Assembly (NCBI GenBank): GCA_963833095.1
Contig: CAWHWQ010000001.1
Span: forward strand, 416,001-480,000
DNA: 64,000 nt
Source of the DNA: Vulcanimicrobiota bacterium
GTDB taxonomy: Bacteria > Vulcanimicrobiota > Vulcanimicrobiia > Vulcanimicrobiales > Vulcanimicrobiaceae
Reading direction: 5' to 3'
Shown: one piece after another, positions 10,062 through 20,080 of the stretch
Layout: each line of letters begins with the position of its first letter
How positions within the stretch are numbered: the first letter of the stretch is position 1
The notes under the pieces: generated by a model
The model's database searches: none
Told to the model about the DNA's origin: nothing
What the model saw: the letters and a program-made list of their open reading frames with translations, nothing else
Made by a program: the position numbers and the translations under genes

Positions 10062-10962
10062 AACTAGGATACGCCACCGCCTCCAAATCGGTTTTCATTT
10101 GCACGATCAATTCGTCGACCGACGCGAAGAGCCGCTGTTCGCGCAGGTACCGCAGGTCCCGCACCGCCAGCTCGTGACCATAGATTGTGCCGTTGAAGTC
10201 GCGAAGCCACGCTTCGATCGTCCGGCGCTTTCCTTCGAACTGCGGGTTGGTGCCGATCGAAACCAGTGCTGCATGATCGCGCCCGTCATAACGCGCGACT
10301 GCGGCATAGACGCCGTCTTTCGGTAGGAGCTTCTCCGGCACGGCGATATTCGCGGTCGGAAAGTCCAAGTCGTGCCCACGCCCGAAACCCACTTCAACGA
10401 CGCCCCGCAGTTCGTAACTGTGACCCAGCAAGTAGTCGGCCAATTCCACATTGCCGTCGGCAAGAAGGGTGCGGATGCGCGTGCTGGAGATACGCTCGCC
10501 CTCGTGTGTGATGTTCTCGAGCCCGACGAACGGCAGACCGCGGTCAGCGAAGTACGCCGCCATCGTTGCCGCATCGCCCGCTCGCTTATGGCCGAAGCGA
10601 AACGTCGCCCCAACCGCCACGCCCTGCACGCTCATCGCCGTAAGGCGGCCAAGGAACTCTTGCGGCGTCAGTTTCGAGACCTGCTCGTCGAACTTGATCA
10701 GGAAGCACTCCTCGAAGCCCGCCTGCGCGAACAAATCGATGCGCTCGGCGGTCGTTGTGATCATCGGCGGCTGCGTACCGGGCCGCAAGAACTCGGCCGG
10801 ATGATTAGCGAACGTCAACACCCCAACCCGGTAACCGGGCTTGCGCATCCGGCGCGCCGCTTTCGCGATCTCCATGTGCCCGCGATGCATGCCGTCAAAG
10901 AAACCAATAGCTAATACTAAAGGTCTGTCATTCTCCCTAAAAAGCTCATGGTAAATCTTCAT
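10054..10962 (-). CDS. ribF: Bifunctional riboflavin kinase/FAD synthetase
   Basis: IGFFDGMHRGH, FRFG, ISSTRIR, FPTANI, LREQRLF. Confidence 0.95.
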   Translation of the reverse strand: MKIYHELFRENDRPLVLAIGFFDGMHRGHMEIAKAARRMRKPGYRVGVLTFANHPAEFLRPGTQPPMITTTAERIDLFAQAGFEECFLIKFDEQVSKLTPQEFLGRLTAMSVQGVAVGATFRFGHKRAGDAATMAAYFADRGLPFVGLENITHEGERISSTRIRTLLADGNVELADYLLGHSYELRGVVEVGFGRGHDLDFPTANIAVPEKLLPKDGVYAAVARYDGRDHAALVSIGTNPQFEGKRRTIEAWLRDFNGTIYGHELAVRDLRYLREQRLFASVDELIVQMKTDLEAVAYPSYG

Positions 10963-11014
10963 TTTGAACGGCGCTCCGCCCGAGGCTCCGCGCCCCCCGC
11001 TTCGCGGGGCCCCC
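10962..11014 (-). repeat. Structured dispersed repeat, family B, copy 1
   Basis: GGGGGCCCC-hairpin-GGGGCGCG..AGCGCCGTTCAAA matches 32376-32429. Confidence 0.65.
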
Positions 11015-11081
11015 AAACCAGGGGGTGCGTTTCACCTGATTGGAAAGAAAAAGACTCCCCTAGGGCACCCCCATTTAACAT

Positions 11082-11960
11082 CTAGACGAACACTTTCCGT
11101 GGCGCCAACAACGCGCCATGCGCCTCGCCGACACCGACCAGCGTGCGCGACTGATCGCGCACGAAGACGCGCGAGGCGGGGGCGCCCTCGGGCAACGGTA
11201 CCGCGCGGCCGGCGCGAAAGTCCGCGGAACCGCGCAGGTCCAGCACGATCGTCGGGAACGGAATGATGTGTTCGGGCGGCGTGACGCTGCCTTGGGGATC
11301 CTCGGCAATCTCATCCAGCGTGCGGGATTCGTAGAGCACGAACGGCCCAGACGCCTCACGCACGAGCGCGCCCATGTGCGCCGGCACGCCCAGCGCGGCA
11401 CCGAGATCCTCGCAGAGCGTGCGCACGTACGTGCCTTCACTGCATGCGACGCGAATGCGCGCCTTGTTCGGTGCTTGGGTTCCGAGCAGCGAAAGCCCAT
11501 AGATCGTCACGCTGCGCGCCTTGCGCTCGATCGTCTTTCCCTCGCGGGCAAGCTCGTACAGGCGCTTGCCCTCATGATGCAGCGCCGAAAACATCGGCGG
11601 CACTTGCGACAGTTTGCCGATGAACTGCGGCAACGCTTCTTCGAGTTTGCGCTCCCAATTCGGTGGCAATGCGCCCTGCGCAACCGTCTCCCCGAGCGCA
11701 TCTTGTGTCGTTGTCGAACGGCCCAGCACCACGAGCGCGGTATAGGCTTTGCGTTGGTCTTCGAGCAGAGGGATCAGGCGCGTTGCTTTGCCGATCGCAA
11801 CCGGAAGAACGCCGGCTGCTTGCGGGTCGAGCGTGCCGAGATGGCCTGCGGCGATTTTGCGGTCACGGCCGTAGACGCCGTAGATTCGCTTGACCCGGGC
11901 GACGATCTGCGCCGAGGTATAGCCTGCGGGTTTGAAAACGTTGACGAACCCAATTACCAC
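11082..11960 (-). CDS. truB: tRNA pseudouridine(55) synthase
   Basis: GHLGTLDPQAAGVL, QVPPMFSA, CSEGTYVRTL. Confidence 0.96.
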   Translation of the reverse strand: MVIGFVNVFKPAGYTSAQIVARVKRIYGVYGRDRKIAAGHLGTLDPQAAGVLPVAIGKATRLIPLLEDQRKAYTALVVLGRSTTTQDALGETVAQGALPPNWERKLEEALPQFIGKLSQVPPMFSALHHEGKRLYELAREGKTIERKARSVTIYGLSLLGTQAPNKARIRVACSEGTYVRTLCEDLGAALGVPAHMGALVREASGPFVLYESRTLDEIAEDPQGSVTPPEHIIPFPTIVLDLRGSADFRAGRAVPLPEGAPASRVFVRDQSRTLVGVGEAHGALLAPRKVFV

Positions 11961-12011
11961 GATGCGTTAGATGCGTTGGCGGCGTGAGCGGGCAAAGCGC
12001 GCCACGCGAAA

Positions 12012-12992
12012 TTAAAGTCCTTCGGCCGAGAGCGCCGCATCGACGGCGGCGAAAGCCTCGCCAAGCGACCCGTGCAACGTCAAGCCCGAAGCGCGGAAAT
12101 GCCCGCCGCCGCCCAGACGCGCGGCCGCCGCTTGCACGCTCACGCGCCCACTCGAGCGAAGGCTCACGCGAATCTCGCCGTCGTAGGCTTTGAAGAGCGC
12201 CGCGACGTCGACGCCTTCTTGCCCGCGAAGCACATTAACCATGTCCTCGGTGTCTTCGCCGTCGGCGCCGGTTAGCTTGAGCATCTCGTCGTCAACATGC
12301 GAAAAGCAGTATTTTCCGTCATGCGCAAACTGCATTTCGTCGATAACCCGGCCGAGTAATCGCGTTGCTGCGACACGCTTGTTTCCGAAGATCTCCTCGG
12401 TAATCTGCTCTTTGTCGGCACCCGCGCGCATCAGCTCGGCCGCAAGCTCGAGCGTTTCGGAGGTCGTGTTGGAATGCATGAAGCCGCCGGTGTCGGTCAT
12501 GATCGTGGTAAGAATGCAGGTCGCGATCTTCGGGTCGATATGCGCGTTCATCTCGCGGAAGAGGCGCATCACCGCTGTACCGGTCGAAGTCTCGGTCGGA
12601 ATCACAAAATTGAGCGCGCCGAAATGCGAATTCCCCAGGTGGTGATCGATATCGAGCATGTTGGCGCGATCGACCTTGGGCAAAAATTCGCCCGCCCGCG
12701 CGTGGTCACTCATATCGCCGAAAACATACAGCGTATCCGGAGGAAAATCGGCGGGAATCTCGCGCGAGACGAACTCCGCGTCGGGGAGAAACCGCAGGTT
12801 GCGCGGCACCGGATCCTGATTGAAGTACGCGACCCGTTTGCCCAGACGCTTGAGCGCGATGCCGAGCGCAAGTCCCGCCCCCAGCGTATCGCCGTCGGGT
12901 TTGACGTGGCTCACCATCACAAAAGCGGGCCGCCGCCGCAATTCGGCAACGACCTCAGCTTCAGTCGAAGAACGCAGCTCGTTCTCGATCAT
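12012..12992 (-). CDS. nrnA: DHH/DHHA1 nanoRNase / pAp phosphatase
   Basis: HVKPDGD, IDHH, TDTGGF, SLRS, GGGGH. Confidence 0.9.
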   Translation of the reverse strand: MIENELRSSTEAEVVAELRRRPAFVMVSHVKPDGDTLGAGLALGIALKRLGKRVAYFNQDPVPRNLRFLPDAEFVSREIPADFPPDTLYVFGDMSDHARAGEFLPKVDRANMLDIDHHLGNSHFGALNFVIPTETSTGTAVMRLFREMNAHIDPKIATCILTTIMTDTGGFMHSNTTSETLELAAELMRAGADKEQITEEIFGNKRVAATRLLGRVIDEMQFAHDGKYCFSHVDDEMLKLTGADGEDTEDMVNVLRGQEGVDVAALFKAYDGEIRVSLRSSGRVSVQAAAARLGGGGHFRASGLTLHGSLGEAFAAVDAALSAEGL

Positions 12993-13360
12993 TCAGTCAC
13001 CTCATCGGCAGCGCTTTGACGCGCGGCATCTTCGCGCAAGGTCTTTGCCAGCGCGATCGCGCGCTCGGTCGAACGATCCTCCACAAAGATCAACTGCGGC
13101 GTGTGCCGCAAATCGATCTTGTGCCCAAGTTCTCCGCGCAAAAAGCGCGATGCGGACTCCAGCGCCTCGAGGGACTGACGCGCCTGATGGCGATCGCCGA
13201 TGATCGAGACGAAGACCTTGCAGTGCTGGAGGTCGTCGGTCACTTCGACGTGCGTCACGGTCACGAAGCCCAGGCGCGGGTCCTTCAGCTCTTGGGTAAT
13301 CACCGTGCCGAGGATACGCTGGATTTCGTGGTCGATGCGCGCGAGTCTTTGGCTCTTCAC
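12989..13360 (-). CDS. rbfA: 30S ribosome-binding factor A
   Basis: KDPRLGFVTVTHVEVTDDL, LRHTPQLIF; operon context. Confidence 0.96.
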   Translation of the reverse strand: MKSQRLARIDHEIQRILGTVITQELKDPRLGFVTVTHVEVTDDLQHCKVFVSIIGDRHQARQSLEALESASRFLRGELGHKIDLRHTPQLIFVEDRSTERAIALAKTLREDAARQSAADEVTE

Positions 13361-16098
13361 GCCGTGACGAGCTCCGCCGCCACCTGCTCCGTGACGTAGG
13401 CTTCAATCACGTCGCCGACTTTGAGATCCTGGAACTTGGCAACCTGGATGCCGCACTCGAAGCCTTCCGCGACTTCGCGCACGTCGTCCTTGAAGCGCCG
13501 TAGGCTCTCGAGTTCGCCGGTGAAAACCACCGCCGAGTCGCGCACCACGCGCACCTTGGCGCCGCGCGTGATCTTGCCGTCTTTGACGTAGCAACCAACG
13601 ATGGTTCCGACCTTGCTGACCTTGAAGACTTCGCGCACTTCGGCATGGCCGAGCGTGACTTCACGCTCCACCGGCGAGAGCATACCCGTCATCGCCTTGC
13701 GCAGATCGTCTTCGATCTCGTAGATGACCTGATAGAACCGCAAATCAACGCCTTCGTTGTCGGCCAAACGTTTCGCCGTTTCGTCCGGTCGAATGTTGAA
13801 GCCGATCAGCACTGCGCCCGACGCGCTTGCGAGGTTGACGTCGTTGGGCGAGATCGCGCCGACGCCGCCGTGAATGACGCGCACGTCGACTTCTTCGGTC
13901 GAGAGCGACTCCATTCGCGAGCGCAGCGCTTCGAGCGAGCCCTGCCCGTCGGCCTTGATGATCAGATTGAGCGTCTTCTTGCCCTCGGCCGGCATCTGCA
14001 TGAAGGTCTCGAGTGAGACGCGTTGCGATCCCGAGCCTGCGATGCGAACATCGCGGCGGCGGACCGCACGCTTCTCGGCGGTTTCACGCGCGACGCGTTC
14101 GTCGCTAACAACCATCAACGTGTCGCCCGCGGCGGGAACGTCTTGCAGACCCATTACCTCGACTGGAATCGAGGGTCCGGCCTTCTTGACTTGTTTGCCC
14201 TTGTCATCGATCAGCGCGCGCACCTTACCAAACGTGCCGCCGACGACGACGATGTCGCCGACGCGCAGCGTACCGTTTTGCACCAGCACGGTTGCGACGG
14301 CGCCGCGTCCGCGCGAAAGCTGCGATTCGATCACGACACCGGTTGCCCGGCGATTTCTGTTAGCTTTGAGTTCTTTGATGTCGGCTTCGAGCAGGACGGT
14401 ATCGAGCAGCGCATCGATGCCGGTGCCGGCCTTGGCCGAGACCGGAACCATTTCGATCGTGCCGCCCCAATCGACCGGCTGCAATCCCTCTTCGGAAAGC
14501 TGCTGTTTCACGCGATCGGGCTGCGCATCGGCCTTGTCCATCTTGTTGACGGCGACCACGATTGGAACGCCCGCGGCCCTGACGTGCGCGATGGCTTCTT
14601 TAGTTTGCGGCATGACGCCGTCGTCAGCCGCGACCACTAGGATCGCGACGTCGGTGACCTTGGCGCCGCGCGCGCGCATCGCGGTGAACGCTTCGTGACC
14701 CGGCGTATCGATGAACGTGATCTTGCGGTCGTTTCGCTCGACCGTATACGCGCCGATTTTTTGCGTGATACCGCCGGCTTCGCCGCCGGCAACGTTGGCG
14801 CTGCGAATTCTATCAAGCAGCGACGTCTTGCCGTGATCGACGTGACCGAGCACGGTGACGACCGGCGGTCGCGCGGTCATCATTTCGGGTTTGTCTTCTT
14901 CTTGCTCGACGGTGACTTCTTCGCCGGCCTCTTTGACGACCGCGTTGAAGCCGAACTTCTTTGCTACCGAGATCGCAACGTCGCTTGGAATGTTTTGATT
15001 GATGGTCGCCATCGTGCCCATCTTGATCAATTCGGTGATGACGTCTTTGATCGGAACGATCATCGATGTCGCCAGTTCTTGAACCGTGAGCAAGTCAGGA
15101 ATTTCGATCGTCTCGAGCGCGCGCGCCGGCGTCGGGGGCGAAGCGTCTACGCCACCCTTCTTCTTACGCTGACGCTCTTTTTCGAGCAGCAGTTCCTTCT
15201 CGCGGTCCTTTTTCGCGGCGGCCTTGTCTTCGTGGCTACGGGAACGATCGCCGGGACGGCCACCGGCCGAGGGCGCGGGAGCATCGTTGGGGTTCGCCGG
15301 TACGCCCGGACGCGGCCCTACTGGGCGCGCCCCGGGGGCGAGCGGACGGAAGGGACCGTTGCCCGCGGGCCGGCGCTGTCCGGGCGGGTTGAGCGGGCCG
15401 TTGCCGCGTGGAGCCGGAGCGACGGGACCTTTGCCGCCTTGCCCGGGCAGCGCCTGGCCGGGTCTTGGCGCAACACCGGGACGGCCCGGCACACCGGTCG
15501 AGGGGCCAGGCGAGGCCGAAGCCGAGGTGGTCGGCGGCGGCGGACGACGGACGATCGAGTCCTGCCCGTGCGGGACCGGTTGTAAACGCGGGATCGGCAC
15601 CTCGGGCGCGCTCGGTCGTGGTGGACGCGGCGCGGCGACAGGAGGCGGCGTCGGCTCGGGTGCGGCGGCAGCCGGTGCGGGCACTTCGAGGACTGGTGCG
15701 TCGGGCACTTCGACGATCGCGGCGGCCGCCGGTTTGGCGACAGGCGCCTTGGGCACACGAGGGGTCGAGCTTGGGGAGACCGGGCGTAACCGTGGAACAG
15801 GTGCTTCCTCAGCAGGCGGCGCCGCGGGCGGGGCAGCTTTCGGAGCAGCGGCTTTACGAGCAGGGGCGGACGGCGCATCGGCGGGGGCAGCCGGCGCGGC
15901 CTTGGCTGCGGGTGCCGGCTTGAGCACGCTGCGAACCAGATCCGCGATGTTCTCGGGGACGACGCTGAGCTGATTCTTGGCTTCGAAAACGCCGCCAAGA
16001 CGCTCGTTGAAGAGCGCGATTAACTCTTTGGATGTGAGCCCTACCTCTTTGGCGAGCTCAAAAATGCGTACTTTACTGCCGGTCGTTGCTGCTGCCAA
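13357..16098 (-). CDS. infB: Translation initiation factor IF-2 (start TTG 16098 or GTG 16119)
   Basis: GHVDHGKTSLLD, GGITQ, DTPGHEAF, NKMD; Pro/Ala-rich N-terminal linker. Confidence 0.97.
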   Translation of the reverse strand: MAAATTGSKVRIFELAKEVGLTSKELIALFNERLGGVFEAKNQLSVVPENIADLVRSVLKPAPAAKAAPAAPADAPSAPARKAAAPKAAPPAAPPAEEAPVPRLRPVSPSSTPRVPKAPVAKPAAAAIVEVPDAPVLEVPAPAAAAPEPTPPPVAAPRPPRPSAPEVPIPRLQPVPHGQDSIVRRPPPPTTSASASPGPSTGVPGRPGVAPRPGQALPGQGGKGPVAPAPRGNGPLNPPGQRRPAGNGPFRPLAPGARPVGPRPGVPANPNDAPAPSAGGRPGDRSRSHEDKAAAKKDREKELLLEKERQRKKKGGVDASPPTPARALETIEIPDLLTVQELATSMIVPIKDVITELIKMGTMATINQNIPSDVAISVAKKFGFNAVVKEAGEEVTVEQEEDKPEMMTARPPVVTVLGHVDHGKTSLLDRIRSANVAGGEAGGITQKIGAYTVERNDRKITFIDTPGHEAFTAMRARGAKVTDVAILVVAADDGVMPQTKEAIAHVRAAGVPIVVAVNKMDKADAQPDRVKQQLSEEGLQPVDWGGTIEMVPVSAKAGTGIDALLDTVLLEADIKELKANRNRRATGVVIESQLSRGRGAVATVLVQNGTLRVGDIVVVGGTFGKVRALIDDKGKQVKKAGPSIPVEVMGLQDVPAAGDTLMVVSDERVARETAEKRAVRRRDVRIAGSGSQRVSLETFMQMPAEGKKTLNLIIKADGQGSLEALRSRMESLSTEEVDVRVIHGGVGAISPNDVNLASASGAVLIGFNIRPDETAKRLADNEGVDLRFYQVIYEIEDDLRKAMTGMLSPVEREVTLGHAEVREVFKVSKVGTIVGCYVKDGKITRGAKVRVVRDSAVVFTGELESLRRFKDDVREVAEGFECGIQVAKFQDLKVGDVIEAYVTEQVAAELVTA

Positions 16099-16155
16099 GT
16101 ATCCCCACGTGGTCCCCACACGCGGGGCACCACAGCGTTAAGTCACCAAGAAGAG

Positions 16156-16207
16156 GGTTCGGCCGGCTTCGCCGGTCGCGCGTCCTGCGCTCCGAACCTT
16201 CAGCCGC
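16156..16207 (-). repeat. Structured dispersed repeat, family C, copy 1
   Basis: GAAGGTTCGGAGCGCAGGACGCGCGACCGGCGAAGCCGGCCGAACC matches 45361-45414. Confidence 0.8.
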
Positions 16208-16238
16208 ATCGTGCGGCTATCCGTGATCATTGTTCAGA

Positions 16239-16501
16239 TCATTCATTACGTTTTTCAGCGTCCATCGAACTACTTATTAAACCATATTCGGCCGCCGCGG
16301 ATGCAAGACCCGGGTAACGCCTGTTCTTTACCGCCCGCTGCGCGCAAACCGGCGAACACAGGTAGACGCCACGCCCCGGTTGCCGCTTCCCGACCCGGAG
16401 GGTCCGGCTGCCAGCCGTCGGTACGCCGGACGAACCGCGTCAACGCCGCCTGCGGCTTGAGCTTGCCGGCAGCCGACGCACGTGCGAACCGGGACGGACA
16501 T
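16239..16501 (-). CDS. ylxR: YlxR/RnpM family RNA-binding protein (frameshifted)
   Basis: PVRTCVGCRQ, LTRFVR, GRGVYLC across frames; lies between nusA and infB. Confidence 0.8.
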
Positions 16502-16504
16502 GCG

Positions 16505-17724
16505 CTACTCGCCAAGCCGCTCGCGGCGGAACTCTTCGAGCTTGCGGATGAGCTCGGCATCGACGGATGCAGCACCGCCACTCCGCGGCCCGACTTCGGC
16601 CTCCTCGGCGGCCTCGGCAGCTGGCGCCTCTTCGCCGCGGTGCGCTTCGGCGCGCTCGGCCAGGTAGCGCTCCCGCGCTTCCTCGGCTTCGGTCTCGCTT
16701 GTGATGTCGAGGCGCCAGCCGGTCAGCCGCGCGGCCAGACGCACGTTCTGTCCGTCGCGTCCGATCGCGAGCGAGAGTTGATAATCGGGCACGACGACCA
16801 GCGCGACGCCGTCGTCCTCGAAGAGTTCGACCCTGATCACCTTGGCCGGCGCGAGCGCGTTCATGATGAACGTCGCGGATCGGCGTCCCAGCGAATGATG
16901 TCGATTTTCTCGCCGCGCAAGTTATCGGTGACGTTAGCGATGCGGCTCGACTTCGGGCCCGAGGCACGCGCCGATCGGATCGACTTCGGCGCGATGCGTG
17001 CGCACGGCGACCTTGGAACGGCTGCCGGCTTCGCGCGCGATCGCCATGATCTCGACGATGCCGTCGGCGATCTCCGGAACTTCCAGCTCGAGCAAACGCT
17101 GCACGAGTCCCTCGGCCGCGCGCGACAGAATGACCTGCGGACCCTTGGGCGATTTGCGAACGTCGAGCACGTACGCGCGCATGAAATCGTTGATGCGGAA
17201 CGACTCGCCCGGAACTTGCTCGGAGAGCGGCAGAATCGCTTCGTCGCGACCTTCGAGCATCACGAACATGTTGCGCTGTTCGTAACGCTGAACGGTGCCG
17301 GTTACCAGATCGTTGAGCTTGCGCGCATATTTGTTGAAGACCGTATCGCGCTCGGCCTCGCGGATGCGCTGCACGATCACTTGCTTCGCCGTCTGCGCGG
17401 CGATGCGGCCGAAGTCTTTGGGCGTGACTTCTTCATCGAAGAAATCGCCGGCCTGATACGGCTCGCCGGCCTCTTTCATGGAGATCTCGAGTTTGGGATC
17501 TTCGACCGTTTCGACGACGTACGCGGCGATGGAAGACCTTGATACTCGCCGGTCTGCCGGTCGACGATCACGATCGCGTTGGCTTCGCTGCCGAAATGCC
17601 GCTTGTATGCGGTCAGCAATGCCGCCTCGAGCGCCTCGAGCAGCATCTCGAACGGAATGTTGCGTTCCTTCGCAATGAACTGGAGGACGTCGATAAGTTT
17701 TTCGTCAGCTGCCGATTCTGCCAT
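16505..17724 (-). CDS. nusA: Transcription termination factor NusA (frameshifted)
   Basis: [52 protein letters not shown]. Confidence 0.95.
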
Positions 17725-18215
17725 GTGCTTTCCGTTCGCGTTTGTGGCGTTGAAGATCGGCGCGTGGATCGTATTCGAGATTTGCCGATTTGATGGTGGC
17801 GACCGGAAGCGGCAGTTCGCCATTCTCGGTCTCGAGAATCACCGTTTCGCCGCGCAGCCCGCGAGCGTGCCGCGATGCGTTTTGTTGCCGTTGATTTGGA
17901 GCGAGGTCACGATCCGCGCGCGCTTGCCGGCAAAGCGCTCGTAATCGTTCGGCCGGATCAACGGCCGTTCGAGTCCCGCCGACTCGACTTCGAGCGAGTA
18001 CGGCAGGTCGATCGCCTCGAGCGCGTGATTGATGCGCGCTGCGATGCGTTCGCAGGTGGCCAGATCGACGCCGCCATCCTTATCGATGGTGACGGTCAGC
18101 GAGGTCATGCTGCGACGCGATTGCGCCGCATGTGTGACGATCTCGACACCCGACGATCCCCGTCGTGCGCGATCGCGTCGATCTCACGCTCAAAAAGGTC
18201 CGTAAGTTCCGACAC
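17705..18215 (-). CDS. rimP: Ribosome maturation factor RimP (frameshifted)
   Basis: IDKDGGVDLATCE, YSLEVESAGLERPL; GGAGG RBS before GTG. Confidence 0.9.
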
Positions 18216-18231
18216 CGTCTAGAGGCCTCCC

Positions 18232-18265
18232 AACAAAGAAGCGCGGGACCTGCCCACGCTTACTC
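18232..18265 (-). promoter_or_regulatory. rimP leader terminator-like hairpin
   Basis: AAGCGTGGG-CAGGT-CCCGCGCTT followed by CTTTGTT immediately before the rimP RBS; fits the known GGG/CCC rimP leader. Confidence 0.7.
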
Positions 18266-18281
18266 GATCAAACCGGCTTCC

Positions 18282-18311
18282 ATAGTACCTTAAAATGACG
18301 ACGGGCCGCAA
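18282..18311 (-). promoter_or_regulatory. Putative sigma70 promoter for the rimP operon
   Basis: TTGCGG-18 bp-TACTAT. Confidence 0.55.
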
Positions 18312-18571
18312 GCCCACGTGGCTTGAACGGCCCCCCGTTGAGAACGTCCTATGCGAATTTTCGCGCGGTAGCTGGATACGTCCAGCCGGCGTCAGCGCCT
18401 CGAAGCGCTGCTTTGGTGCGCGTATTCGCGGGCTATATGGCCCGGTGGATCTTGCGGCTCCAAGTCGGCCGCCCTCCCTGCAGGGTTCGCGTTCCGCAAA
18501 CCCGTGGCGTTTTTGGGAGCTTATGCTCCCAAAATCCGCAGCTGATATGCTGCAGCATCCACTGGATGCTG
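18292..18571 (-). ncRNA. Candidate novel multi-hairpin ncRNA or long structured leader
   Basis: About ten consecutive hairpins starting just after a TTGCTG-17-TAGAAT promoter; no credible ORF. Confidence 0.6.
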
Positions 18572-18576
18572 TCTAC

Positions 18577-18605
18577 ATTCTATTCCGATAAAAGTCGTAC
18601 AGCAA
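18577..18605 (-). promoter_or_regulatory. Putative sigma70 promoter
   Basis: TTGCTG-17 bp-TAGAAT. Confidence 0.65.
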
Positions 18606-18621
18606 GTGGGAATCACCCAAC

Positions 18622-20013
18622 CTACGGCGACGGAGGAGACGGGCGAGTGAACGGCACCAGCGCGCGCTCGGTGCATGGTGCGCTAGCGTGCGCCTCCACG
18701 ATCGGCGGTCCGAGGCCACCGTGAGCGGAACCACCAACGGATGTGCTCACAATGATCCCGCCGGCGACATTGTGCGTCATGTTCCCCTGCATTGCGACTG
18801 GTTGTGAGTTCTGTGGATAGCGTACCAGCCAGCCTTCGCAGATTAGCGCTGGGCCCACGCGATGGGTACTCGTCACCCACATCCGATCGAGTGCATCGCT
18901 GCCCGCGCCACGCTCTTCGTATGTGAACTTGGTCATCGCGACGACATCGGGTGGCGGCGTCGGATCCATCGAGCCGTTGAGCCCAACGTGGAAATTCGTG
19001 CTCGATTGCGTCGGGTTGACCGCATTGTGCGGGATCATTTTGCCGAGCAAATCGTTGAGATCGTTGTGAATTCCCGTTCCGGTCGAACGGCCGGACCCGG
19101 CCCCACCTGAAGCCGGCGGTTTTGGGGTCGGTGGCACCACGATCGGACGCTCCGGCCCGCTCTTTGTCCCCGCGTTTCCGGGCTTTGGCCCGGGCGAACC
19201 CTCGGCCTTGGGACCGGGCGACGGGTGCGTTCCGGTGGTCGTCGCTAGCTTGGCGGCGCCTTGCGTCGGGCTTGGGCTCGGAACGCCTGGATTCGCCGCC
19301 GGCGCTTTGCTCGGTTGATTGGCTGGTTGCGGGGATGCGCTCGGAGCGATCGTTGCGCGCGAAGCAACGACGGTCGCTGCGGTGGGAGCAGCTGTCGGCG
19401 CAGCGCTTGGCGCGGGCGTCGCCGGTCTGGATGTCGGTGCCGCAGTTGGTGCTGGTGGACGCGCTGTCGGTTTTGCGGTCGGCACGATCGACGGAACGGG
19501 ACTTGGAGCGGCAGTCGGCGGGATTCGGACCGCGACCGATTCGACCGCGACCGATGGCATCGCGGTCGGCACGGCGGGCAATTCATTTTGTGGCTTCGGC
19601 TCGTAAATCGCCGTTGTGGGCTCAGGGTTGGGTTGGGTGGAAGCTTGCGGCGCAGGCGTCGGGTTCGGCGGCGCGGTCGGCTTGAATTGCGAAAGCTCGT
19701 GGTGCTGCGGGGGTTGTGGTTGGCGCTTGGGTTGCACGAGCGGCGGATGATGCACAACCGGCGCGATGCGCGGGACATTTGGAACCGGCGCGGCTTGTTG
19801 CGCCGGCGCCGCCACTTGCGCAACAATCGGCGCGCGCTGCTCAAGGGTGACGAGCGTCCCTCCGGAGACCGATTCGCTTGCGCCTTCCTGCGACGAGCTC
19901 GAGACCAACGAAAAAAGTAGCGCGGCCAGGAGCGCATGCACGACCAACGATGCGAGGTAGCTCCCCGCGAGTCGCTCGCGCCGTCGTGGGTCACGCGGAT
20001 CGCGTTTGAGCAT
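18622..20013 (-). CDS. Pro/Ala/Thr-rich membrane-anchored protein with a TonB/TolA-like architecture
   Basis: N-terminal TM with SxxxH (ASLVVHALL), about 250 aa Pro-rich linker, and an unrecognised C-terminal domain with two Cys. Confidence 0.7.
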   Translation of the reverse strand: MLKRDPRDPRRRERLAGSYLASLVVHALLAALLFSLVSSSSQEGASESVSGGTLVTLEQRAPIVAQVAAPAQQAAPVPNVPRIAPVVHHPPLVQPKRQPQPPQHHELSQFKPTAPPNPTPAPQASTQPNPEPTTAIYEPKPQNELPAVPTAMPSVAVESVAVRIPPTAAPSPVPSIVPTAKPTARPPAPTAAPTSRPATPAPSAAPTAAPTAATVVASRATIAPSASPQPANQPSKAPAANPGVPSPSPTQGAAKLATTTGTHPSPGPKAEGSPGPKPGNAGTKSGPERPIVVPPTPKPPASGGAGSGRSTGTGIHNDLNDLLGKMIPHNAVNPTQSSTNFHVGLNGSMDPTPPPDVVAMTKFTYEERGAGSDALDRMWVTSTHRVGPALICEGWLVRYPQNSQPVAMQGNMTHNVAGGIIVSTSVGGSAHGGLGPPIVEAHASAPCTERALVPFTRPSPPSP

Positions 20014-20080
20014 GCGCGGTGATTATGCGCTTAAACGAGCGCAGGAGCCTGCAAGCACGGACGCGCATCTGCACGCTTTC

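Noticed and set aside
15200..15920. Pro/Ala/Gly low-complexity region in infB
   Set aside because: Normal variable IF2 N-terminal linker
18295..18724. Plus-strand ORFs over the hairpin array
   Set aside because: No RBS or recognisable motifs; the dense palindromes and minus-strand promoter fit a non-coding role better
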